Assembly (NCBI GenBank): GCA_964016885.1
Contig: OZ024748.1
Location: 31,000,001-31,064,000, forward strand
Source of the DNA: Eledone cirrhosa
Lineage: Eukaryota
Length of the DNA: 64,000 bases
Direction of reading: 5' to 3'
The notes below the pieces were generated by a model. It was not told the origin of the DNA and did no database searches. It was given only the letters and a program-made list of their open reading frames with translations. Positions 53,001 through 64,000 of the stretch are shown piece by piece (position 1 is the stretch's first letter; every line of letters starts with the position of its first letter). The position numbers were made by a program, and so were the translations under genes.

Positions 53001-56000
53001 AACCCCACCACTAGCATTACACTTAGATATAAACCCCAACTCCAAGCCTTAGAATTAAACCATGACCACAAGCCGTAGACTTAAACCACAACCCCAAGTC
53101 TTAGACTTAGACTTAAACCCCAACCCCATGCCTTAGATTTAGATTTACACCCCAGCCCCTTACCTTAGACGTAAACTTAAACCCAAACTCCAAGACTTAG
53201 ACTTAAACCCCAACCTCAAGTCTTAGACGTAGACACTAACCCCAAATCAAACCTTAGACTTAGAATTAAACCCAAACCCCAAGCCTTATACATAGACTTA
53301 AACCACAACACCAAGCCTTAGAATTAAACCCTAACAACAAGCCTTAGACTTAAAACCTAACTCCAAGCCTTAGCCTAACCCGTAAACTTAAACCCCAACC
53401 CAAAGATTAGATTTAGACTTAAAACACAACCTCAAGCCTTAGACATAGACTTGAATCCCAACCCCAAACCATAGACATAGATTTAAACGCCAACCTCAAG
53501 ATTTAGACTTAGACTTAAACCCCAGCTCCAAGCCTTAGACTTAAAATTAAACCTCAACCCAAAGCATTAGACTGACACTTAAATCCAAAACCCAAGCAGT
53601 AGACTTAGACTTAAACCCCAACCCCAAGACTTAGATATAGATTTAAACGCCAAACCTAAGCCTTAGACTTAGACTTGAGCCCCAACACCTAGCCTTAGAA
53701 TTAAACTTAAACCCCAACCATAAGCCTTAGACTTAGATTTAAACCTCAATCCCAGGCCTTAGGCTTAGACTTAAATCACAACCCAAAGCCTTAGACATAG
53801 ATTTAATCCCCAACCCCAAGCCTTAGAGAAAGACTTAACTCCAAACCCCAAGCCTTAGACATAAACTTCAATCCGAAGCCCAAGCCTTAGACTTAACTTA
53901 AAACCCAACCACTTAGACTTAGATCTAAACCACAACATTAAGCCTTAGACGTAAATCCTAACCCCAAGCCTTAGACATAAACCTCAACCCCACGCCTTAG
54001 ACTTAGGCTTAAACACAAACCCCCAAGCCTTACATTTATATTTAAACCCCAAAACAAAGCCTTGGACATAAACTTAATTCCCAACCCCAACACTTAAATT
54101 TAGAATTAAACCCCAACCACAAGGCTTAGACTTAGACTTAAATCCCAACCTCAAGCCTTAGACTTAGAATTAAACCCCAACCCAAGCCTTATACATAGAC
54201 TTAAACCACAACACCAAGCCTTAGATTTATACCCTAACAACAAGACTTAGTCGTAAAACATAACCCCAACCCCAAGCCTTAGCCCAACCCGTAAACTTAA
54301 ACCACAACCCCAAGCCTTAGACATAAATCCCTACACCAAACCTTAGAATTAGACTTAAACCACAAACCCAAGCCTTAGAGTTAGACTTAAACCCCAATGC
54401 CAAGCCTTAGACTTAGACTTAAAGCCCAACCTAAAGCCTTAGACTTAGACTTAAACCCCAACCCCAAGCCTTAGACATATATATGTACCTCAACCCCAAG
54501 CGTTAGACTTAGACTTAAACCCCAATTCCAAGCTTTAGAATTAAACCCTAACCCCAAGACTTAGATTTAAACCCGAATCCCAAACCTTAGACTTAGACTT
54601 AAACTCCAACCCCAATTCTTAGACTTAGACATAAACCCCAACTCCTAGCCTTAGAATTAAACCAAAACCACAAGCCGTAGACTTAAATCCAACACCATGC
54701 CTTAGACTTAGACTTAAACCCCAAACCCAAAACTTAGACATAGATTTAAACCCCAACCCTAAGCCTTAGACTTAGCCTTAAACCCCATCCCTACTCTTAG
54801 ACGTAAAATTAAACCCCAACTCCAAGACTTAGACTTAAACCCCAACCTCAAGCCTTAGACGTAGACTTATACCCCAAATCCAAGCCTTAGACTTAAACCC
54901 TAACAGCAAGCATTAGACTTAAATCCTGACACCAAGCCTGAAACATAGACTTAAACCCCAACACCAACCCTTAGACATAGATTTAAACCCCAACCCTAAG
55001 CCTTAGTCTTAGACTTAAACCCCAACCCTTAGACTTAGACTTAAACAACAAACCCAAACTTTAGACGTAAAATTAAACCCCAACTCCAAGATTTAGACCT
55101 ACACCCCAAAGTCAAGCCTTAGACTTAGACTTCAACCCCAACCCCAAGCCTTAGACTTAGACTTGAACCCCAACCCAAAGCCTTAGACTTAAACTAAACC
55201 CCAACCCTAGCCTTAGACGTAAACTTAAACTTAGACTTAGACGTAAACCCCAACCTCAAGCCTTAGGAGTAGACTTAAACCCCAACCCAAAGCTTACACT
55301 TAAACCCTAACCCCAAGCCTTAGACTTAAACTCTAACCTTAGTCTTAGACTTAAACACCAACCCCAAGCCTTAGACTTAGGCTTAAATACAAACCCCAAG
55401 CCTTAGACTTAGACTTAAACCTTAACCCCAACCCTTAAACTTAGACTTAAAGCCCAACCCCAAGGCTTAGACTTACACTTACACCCCAACCCCCAGCCTT
55501 AGATTTCGACTTAAACCGCAACTCCAAGACTTAGACTTACACTTACACCCTAACCCCAAGCTTTCGATTTAAACTTAAACCCTACCCCAAGCCATAGACT
55601 TAGACATAAACACCAAAACCAAGCCTTAGAATTAGACTTAAACCCGTACACAAAAATCCCATCCCCAAGCCTTAGACTTAGACTTAAACCCCAACCCCAA
55701 GCCTTAGATTTAAATCCTAACCCTTAGATTTAAACCCAACCAGAATTCTTAGACTTAGACTTAAACCCCAAAATCAAGCCTTAGACGTACACCCTAACCC
55801 CAAGCATTAGACATAAATCCTAACACCAACCCTTAGACCTAGACTTAAACCCCAACCACAAAACTTAGACTTAGATTTAAACCCTAACCCCAAGCCTTAG
55901 AATTTGACTTAAACCCCAACCCAAGCTTTAGAGCTCGACTTAAACCCCAACCCCAAGCCTTAGATTTAAATCCTAACCCTTACATTTAATCCCCAACCAC

Positions 56001-59000
56001 AAGTCTTAGACTTAGACTTAAACCCCAAACCCCAGCCTTAGATTTAGACTTAAACCCCAACCCCAAGCCTTAGGCTTAGACTTAAACCCAAACTCCTAGC
56101 CTTAGACTTAAACTTAAATCCCAACCCCAAGCCTTAGAATTAAACCCTAACACGAACCCTTAGATTTAGTCTTAAACCCCAACCACAACAGTTAGAATTA
56201 GACTTAAACCCGAACCCCAACCCTTAGACTTAGACATAAACGCCAAACCGAAGTCTTAGACTTAGACTTAAACCCCAACCCCAGCCTTAGATTTCGACTT
56301 AAACCCCAACTCCAAGACTTAGACTTACATTTACACCCTAAACACAAGCTTTCGATTTAAACTTAAACCCTGCCCTAAGCCATAGACTTAGACATAAACC
56401 CCAAACCCAAGCCTTAGAATTTGACTTAAACCCGTACACAAAAATCCCATCCCCAAGCTTTAGTCTTAGACGTAATCCCCAACTACAAGCCTTCAATTGA
56501 ACCATAAACACAAGCCTTAGACTTAAACCCAAACGCCAAGCCTTAGACTTAGACTTAAACCACAATCCCTAGCCTTAGACGTAAACTTAAACCCCAACCC
56601 CTAAACTTAGACTTAGACTTAAACCCTAACCCCATGCCTTAGACTTAAACCCTAAGCTTTTGAATTACCCTTAAACCCCAACTATAAGCCTTAGACTTAG
56701 ACTTAAACCCCAACCCCAGGCCTTAGACTTAGACTTTAACCCCTACCCAAAGCCTTAGACTTAGACTTAAACTCCAACCCATAGACTTAGACTAAACCCC
56801 AACCCCAAGCCTTAGATGTACACTTAAACTTAGACTTAGACGTAAACCCCAACCTCAAGCCTTAGGCGTAGACTTAAACCCCCACCCAAAGCTTACACTT
56901 AAACCCTAACCCCAAGCCTTAGACTTAAACTCTAACCTTAGTCTTAGACTTAAACCCCAATACAAACCCCAAGCCTTAGACTTAAAATTAAACCCTAACA
57001 ACAAGTCTTAGACTTAAAACCTAACCCCAACTCGATGCCTTAGCCCAACCCGTAAACTTCAACCCAAAGCCTCAGACTTAGACTTAAACACCAACCCCAA
57101 GCCTTAGACATAGACTTAAACCCAAACCCCAAGCTTTAGCCTTCGACATAAACCGCAACCACATGCATTAGACTTAGACTTAAACCCTAACCTCAAGATT
57201 AGACTTAGACTTAAACCCAAGCTTCAAGCCTTAGACTTAGACTTACATCCAAACCCAAAGCCTTAGACGTAAACTTAAACCCCAACTCCAAGACTTAGAC
57301 TTAGACTTAAACCAAAACCTCAAGCCTTAGATGTAGACACTAACCCCAAACCAGAGCCTTAGACTTTAAATCTAACCCCAACCCCAAGCCTTAGCCCAAC
57401 CCGTAAACTTAAACCCCAACCGAAAGTCTTAGACTTAGACTTAACCACAAACCCAAAGCCTTAGACTTAAACCCAAACCCCAAAACATAGATTTAATCCC
57501 CAACCCCAAGCCTTAGAGATATTCTTAAACCCCAACCCCAAACGTTAGACATAGATTTAAACCCAACCCCAGGCCTTAGACTTTGACTTAAAACCCAACC
57601 ACTAGCATTAGTCTTAGACTTAAACCCCCAAACCCAAGCCTTAGACAGAGGCTTAAACACAAACCCCCAAGCATAGACTTAAATCCCAACTCCAACACTT
57701 AGACTTAAAACTCTATCCAAAGCCTTAGAATTAGCCTTAAACTCCAAACCGAAGCTTTAGACTTAGATTTAAACCCTAACCACAACCTTAGACTTAGACT
57801 TAAACCCCAAAACCAACCCTTAGATTTAGACTTAAACCCCAACCCCAATCCTCAGATTTAGACATAAACGCGAACCCAAAGCCTTAGGATTTGACTTAAA
57901 CCCCAACCCCAAGCCTTAGACTTAGAGATAAACCCCCACAGCATGTGTTAGACTTAAACCCTAACCCCAACCCTTAAACTTAGATTTAAACCCCAACCCC
58001 AAGGCTTAGACTTAGACTTACACACCAACCTCAAGCCTTAGACGTAGACATTAACGACAAACCAGAGCCTTAGACTTAGAATTAAACCCCAACCCCAAGC
58101 CTTATACATAGACTTAAACCACAACACCAAGCCTTAGACTTAAAATTAAACCCTAATAAGAACTCTTAGACTTAAAACCTAACCCCAACCCCAAACGTTA
58201 GACATAGATTTAAACCCCAACCCCAAGCCTTAGACTTTGACTTAAACCCCAACCACTAGCATTAGACTTAGACTTAAACCTCAACCACTAGCATTGGACT
58301 GAGACTTAAACTCCAAGCCATAGACATAGATTTAAACCCTAACCTCAAGATTAGACTTAGACTTAAACCCCAGCTTCAATCCTTAGACATAGACTTACAC
58401 TCCCACCCCAAGCCTTAGACGTAAACTTAAACCCCAACTCCAAGACTTAGACTTAGACTTAAACCCCAACCTCAAGCCTTAGACGTAGACACTAACCCCA
58501 AACCAGAGCCTAAGACTTAGAATTAAACCCCAACATCAAGCCTTAGACATAGACTTAAACCCCAACCCCAAGCTTTCAGACTTCGACATAAACCCCAACC
58601 ACAAGCATTAGACTTAGACTTAAACCCTAACCCCAAGCGTTAGACTTAGACTTACCCCAACCATAAGCCTTAGACTCAGACTTAAACCCCAAGTCATAGA
58701 CATAGACTTAAATCCCAGCCTCAAGCCTTAGACGTAGACACTAACCCCAAACCAGAGCCTTAGACGTAGACTTAAACCCCAACCTCAAGCCTTAGACTTA
58801 AACTTAAACTCCAACCCCAAGACTTAGACTTAGATTTAAACCACAACCACTAGCATTAGACTTAGATTTAAACTCCAAGTCATATACATAGATTTAAACC
58901 CCAACCTAAAGTGTTAGACTTAGACTTAAACCCCAGATCCATGCCTTAGACTTAGACTTAAACCCCAACCCCAAGACTTAGCCTTAAACTTAAACCTCAA

Positions 59001-60992
59001 ACCAAAGCCTTAGAGTTAGATTTAAATCCCAAACCCAAGCATTTGACTTAGACTTAAATCCCAACACCAAGGCTTAGACATAGATTTAAACGCCAAACCC
59101 AAGTCTTAGACTTAGAATTGAGCCCCAACTCCTAGCCTTAGACATAAACTTAAACCCCAACCCCAAGCCTTAGACTTAGATTTAAACCTCAACCCCAGGC
59201 CTTAGACTTAGTCTTAAATCACAACCCAAAGCCTTAGACATAGATTTAACCCCAACCCCAAGACTTAGACATAGACTTAAATCCCAACCCCAAGCCTTAG
59301 ACATAGACTTAAACCCCAAGCCCAAGCCTTAGACTTAACTTAAAACACAACCAATAGCATTAGACTTAGATTTAAACCCCAACATCAAGCCTTAGACCTA
59401 AACCCCAAGCCTTAGACGTAAATCCTAACCCCAAGCCTTAGACATAAACCTCAACCCCACGCCTTAGACTTAGGCTTAAACACAAACTCCCAAGCTTTAC
59501 ATTTAGATTTAAACCCAAAACCAAAGTCTTGGACATAGACTTAATTCCCAACCCCAATACTTAGATTTAAATTACAACCCCAAGCTTTAGACGTAGACTT
59601 ACACCTCTACCCAAAGCCTTAGAATTAGACTTAAACACAAACCAAAGCTTTAGACTTAAACTTAAACCCTAACCCCAAGCCTTAGACTTAGACTTAAACC
59701 CCAACCCCAAGCCTTAGACATAGACTTAAACCTCAACCGTAAGCCTTAGACTTAGACTTAAACCCCGACATCAAGCCTAAGACATAGACACTAACCCCAA
59801 ACAAAAGCCTTAGACTTAGAATTAAACCCCAATCCCAAGTCTTATACATAAACTTAAACCACAATCCCAAGCCTTAGCCCAACCCGTAACCTTAAACCCC
59901 AACCCCAAGCCTTAGATTTAGACTTAAACCCCAACCACAAGCATTAGACTTAGACTTAAACCCCAACCCCAAGCCTTAGACTTAGACTTAAACTCCAACC
60001 TTAAGCCTTAGACTTAGATTTAAACCCCAAACCATAGACATAGATTTAAACCCAAACCTCATGCCTTAGACGTAGACTTAAACCCCAACTACAAACCATA
60101 GACTTAGACTTGAACCCCAACCCCAAGCCTTAGATTTAGACTTAAACCCCAACCACTAGCATTATACTTAGACTTAAACCCCAACTCCATGCCTCAGAAA
60201 TAAATCATAACCACAAGCCTTAGACATAAACCCCAAACTCAAGCCTTAGACTTTGACTTAAACACCAACTCCTAGCCTTAGACTTAAAATTAAACCCCAA
60301 CCCCAAGCCCTAGACTTAGACTTAAACCTCGACTCCAAAGCCTTAGACTTAGACTTAAACCTCGACCGCCAAGTCTTAGACTTAGATTTAAATACTAACC
60401 CCAGGCATTAGACATAAACTTAAACCCCAACCCGAAGCCTTAGACTTAAACTTAAACCCGAACCCATGCCTTAGACTTTGACTTAATCCCCAACATTAAG
60501 CTTTAGATTTAGACTTTAACCCCAAGCCTTTGACATAGATTTAAACCCCAACCACAAGGCATAGACTTAGACTTACACCACAACCCCAAGCCTTAGAGTA
60601 AGACTTGAAGATCAAGCGCAACCGTTAGACTTCGACTTGAACCCCAACCACAAGCATAAGACTTAGACTTAAAGCCCAACCCCAAGCCTTAGACTTAGAC
60701 TTAAACACCAACCCAAGCCTTAGACATAGACTTAAACCCCAACCCCAAGCCTTAGACTTAAAGCCCAACCCCAAGCCTTAGACTTAGATTTGAACCCCAA
60801 CCCCAAGCCTTAGATTTAGACTTAAACCTCAAACACTAGCATTAGATTAGATTTAAACTCCAAGCCATAGACATAGATTTAAAGCCCAACCACAAGGCAT
60901 AGACTTAGACTTACACCCCAACCCCAAGCCTTAGAGTAAGAGTTGAAGATCAAGCGCAACCGTTAGACTTCGACTTGAACCCCAACCACAAG
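38061..60992. repeat. Second, more heterogeneous array of the same ~32-bp satellite, same orientation as the first
   Basis: Same monomer with more substitutions. Marker gagatattcttaaacccc near 42969, 46259, 49774, 57516; ~47270-51050 is duplicated at ~55120-58810; 240-bp tandem pair at ~51030-51510. Confidence 0.96.
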
Positions 60993-61574
60993 TTTTGCAG
61001 TATTGGTTATAGAGTAGTCGAATGGTCGCCACTTTAGCAGGGTGGTAGAATCAGTGGCCGCCACTTTAACAGGGTAGATGATTGAAGGTCGTTAGTTGCC
61101 AGTGTGGTAAGTGATAGTATCCTCGTTGGATTATCTTGTTTACATAGACGTGAGGGAAGGTCCCTCGATCTATTTACAATATTCCTTTCGTCAGGTCGCC
61201 AATTCCAGCAGCATGGATTATAGATGTTATTGATACACGAGTAACATAAAAATGATTTCAACAGCAGAAATTAGAGATGAAATGTATGTTTATTTTTGAT
61301 GTAGCACAAACAATGTTTGTTAACTTATATGGTTGAAGTTACAGATAAGAAGAGGTTACAAAAGGGAATGTGCCATTGCGCCGTTAAGCCGTTACATTAT
61401 GCGTGTTGCTGGCTCGAAGTTTCTGGTACAAGAGAGAGATTCTTCAAATCTTCGCGGGGAATTTCTTCCTCAGGGCGCGTAGGGATACATCCTCTTCTAC
61501 TGGCGCTGATTGGCTGAACTGAGCCAAATCACGCACAGAGATGTATGTGAGGCCGCGGAATGTAGGTCACTACA
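60993..61574 (-). repeat. 3' LTR (582 bp)
   Basis: About 10 substitutions and 3 indels (27, 4 and 1 bp) versus 63175-63780, by eye. Confidence 0.9.
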
Positions 61575-61585
61575 TCACCTCCGAC
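61575..61585 (-). promoter_or_regulatory. Weak polypurine-tract-like sequence
   Basis: Minus strand GTCGGAGGTGA immediately precedes the TGTAG start of the 3' LTR. Confidence 0.4.
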
Positions 61586-63160
61586 CAGATTTTCAGCCGA
61601 AAATCGATAACGAAGAAACCAAGGACCCACATATTATTGAATCAGCAAGAACAAATGCTGAAAGAGCACATCAGTGAAAAAATAATTGAGCAGAAAGATT
61701 CATGCAAGAACAAAAAAAATTAGGCGCGACGGGCCGTGTTGAGCCGCTGTCAAATGACTAGCTGTTTTGTAGTTTAAACGAGACCCTCAAGGGCCTACCA
61801 GAAAACAGATAAAGGCTGACATGGGCGAAGTTGCTGTTCTTGCATTAAATGTTAATGGTAAGCGTTGTACCAGTAGCTGTGAACGAAGCTATTATGGTAG
61901 TTTACCAGTGCTGGCGAGAAAATGATGGGTAGGCGAGAAATGTTGGCCTCCCAGATGTATTGCCGAATGTGCTAGGGAGCCAGGAAAAAATGGCTGGTTG
62001 CTTTGTAAAGAAAAAAAGGCAAGTTTAATCTGTAGGTGGGTTGCAGTGTAAATTCCATAATTCGGGCGAATCCACAGAAGTGACTGAAATATTGACAAGT
62101 CCAGTTCAATTTGTTGCCTTCCCAGCGAGTCGGGCAAAAACAACAAGACGGATGGCCGTCATGGACGATCAGTGTGCAATGAGATGCGAAGCTGTTTGAG
62201 TTCAGCTGCAATTAGTATTCTCGTGTTGCGGTGCCTGTTTGAATCCAGTGGATTAAGCTCTGTGAGCTGCTAGCATGTGACAGCACCTCAACCAGGTGAA
62301 AAGGGACTCGCAGAATATTACGTTTGAAGAACATATACCAAGAACAACATGTTGGTGTGTGATAAAAAAAAATGTGTGCATATGCAGGCATGTAATACAG
62401 CAGAGAATGTGAATGAACAAAAACCATTAGCAAGCAAATAGCAAAAGAGCACAAAACAAGTAAATGCATTCTACAAAGAAATATGTGAATGTAAGAAACT
62501 GATAATTCAAAGTCAATCTAAGGGAGCAGAGAAATTGCCCAACAAGTTCAAAGTTTTTCAAAGTCAAATAGTTCACACATCACCAGTGTACAGACACTAG
62601 TTCTATCTGAAAACTGAAAAAGAAGTTTGTTAATGCCGTTAGGGGTTAGATGTATGGTGTTTTTGTGAGTTTTCGTGGCCATTTTACCGTCCCGCCACAC
62701 GGTTGTGTTGCTTATTGTTAAAGCAAAGTCAAAGAATCTTCTGTAGAGTAGCAGTCACCAAACATGGCAGCCACGTCTGACGCCATAATGGTGAGAAAAC
62801 TACTGTCTCAATTTCTCGAGTCCCTGTGGTAACGAGACAGAAGGTATGGTGGTTGCGTCGGTAAAGTTACAAGCCGTTTTGAAATTTCCGATGTGTGGTG
62901 GTTTGCGTCGGTAAGGCTATGAAGCTGCCACTCACTGTTCCCCGTATTGGTCAGTGGTTAAACAACGCTGTCGCTGCTGCTGTCATTGTTGTTGGTAGCC
63001 ATCTTGAAATTTTTTCGTGGCGAAAAAGTTTTTGAAATACTGCCAATTTTTAAAAAAATTTTGAAAGGAATATATTTTATTTTCGCAAGCTGCGAAAAAG
63101 GTTGGCAACGTGGCAATAAAAGTTCAACTGAATGGAAAAGAAGGGCTGCGTTAAATTCTT

Positions 63161-63173
63161 ACGTCGGTCACCA
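63161..63173 (-). promoter_or_regulatory. Primer-binding site, tRNA-Trp-like
   Basis: Minus strand TGGTGACCGACGT lies 1 nt after the LTR. It matches the tRNA-Trp PBS TGGTGACCCCGACGT (recalled, not searched) with a 2-nt deletion. Confidence 0.65.
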
Positions 63174-63174
63174 C

Positions 63175-63780
63175 TTTAGCAGTATTGGTTATAGAGTAGT
63201 CGAATGGTCGCCACTTTAGCAGGGTGGTAGAATCAGTGGTCGCCACTTTAACAGGGTAGATGATTGAAGGTCGTTAGTTGCCAGTGTGGTAAGTGATAGT
63301 ATCCTCGTTGGATTATCTTGTTGACATAGACGTGAGGGAAGGTCCCTCGATCTATTACCAATATTCCTTTCGTCAGGTCGCCAATTCCAGCAGCATGGAT
63401 TATAGTTGTTATTGAGACACGAGTAACATAAAAATGATTTCAACAGCAGAAATTAGAGATGAAATGTATGTTTATTTTTTGATGTAGCACAATGTTTGTT
63501 AACTTATATGGTTGAAGTTACAGATAAGAAGAGGTTACAAAAGGGAATGTGCCATTGCGCCGTTAAGCCGGCGAGGCTAGGGTGCAATATCTCACCGTTA
63601 CATTATGCGTGTTGCTGGCTCGAAGTTTCTGGTACAAGAGAGAGATTCTTCAAATCTTCGCGGGGAATTTCTTCCTCAGGGCGCGAAGGGATACATCCTC
63701 TTCTACTGGCGCTGATTGGCTGAACTGAGCCAAATCACGCACAGAGATGTATGTAAGCCCGCGGAATGTAGGTCACTACA
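63175..63780 (-). repeat. 5' LTR (606 bp)
   Basis: Minus strand TGTAG...CTAAA; contains CAGCCAATCAG, ATATAAG and AATAAA in that order. Confidence 0.9.
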
Positions 63781-64000
63781 CAAGCATAAGCCTTAGACTT
63801 AAAGCCCAACCCCAAAACTTAGACTTAGACTTAAACCCCAACCCCAAGCCTTAGACTTAAAGCCCAACCCCAAGCCTTAGACTTAGACTTAAACACCAAC
63901 CCCAAGCCTTGTACATAGACTTAAACCACAACCCAAACCTTATAATTAAACCCTAACAAGCCTTACACTTAAAACCTAACCCCAAGCCTTAGCCCAACCT
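63781..64000. repeat. Satellite resumes after the insertion
   Basis: caagcataagccttagacttaaagcccaacccc continues the interrupted monomer. Confidence 0.95.

Larger units (their letters stand above)
60993..63780 (-). mobile_element. Non-autonomous LTR retroelement (TRIM/LARD-like or internally deleted), 2.79 kb
   Basis: Direct terminal repeats 60993-61574 and 63175-63780; TSD CAAG at 60989-60992 and 63781-63784; minus-strand LTR starts TGTAG; PBS-like and PPT-like sites lie on the expected sides; no recognisable gag/pol in the 1.6-kb interior. Confidence 0.85.

Noticed and set aside
43477-56565. Three isolated minus-strand ORFs in the right satellite
   Set aside because: Chance stop-free runs of satellite monomers.
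61180-61480. Hammerhead ribozyme (retrozyme or Penelope pseudo-LTR) suggested by minus-strand CTGACGA and CTGAGGA
   Set aside because: No stem II followed by GAAA could be built by eye; PBS and TSD fit an LTR element better.
61034-63723. 60-85 aa ORFs in the LTR element
   Set aside because: Short, several lie within the LTRs, and no gag, protease, RT or integrase motifs were recognised.

Overview
Eukaryotic, essentially gene-free, telomere-related repeat DNA; the TTAGGG arrays suggest a TTAGGG-telomere organism, probably an animal (inference). Order: (1) 1-25586, a satellite with a ~32-bp monomer (CTTAAA-CCCCAA-CCCCAA-GC-CTTAGA-CTTAGA) in near-identical ~3.9-kb and ~3.0-kb higher-order repeats (HORs). 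(2) A short (CCCTAA)n tract, a 1.34-kb AT-rich fold-back (perfect 88-bp inverted repeat, ~165-bp outer inverted arms) and a 6.4-kb variant (TTAGGG)n array, so the telomeric tracts face outward as on a tiny linear chromosome. (3) 33411-38063, four modules of AT microsatellite + CCGGAAAT repeats + palindromic 27-bp GCGCATGCGC repeats (+ GTTTC repeats in the first three). (4) 38061-64000, a more diverged array of the same satellite, interrupted at 60993-63780 by a non-autonomous minus-strand LTR element (4-bp TSD, tRNA-Trp-like PBS). No credible protein-coding gene. All coordinates and identities were read by eye.
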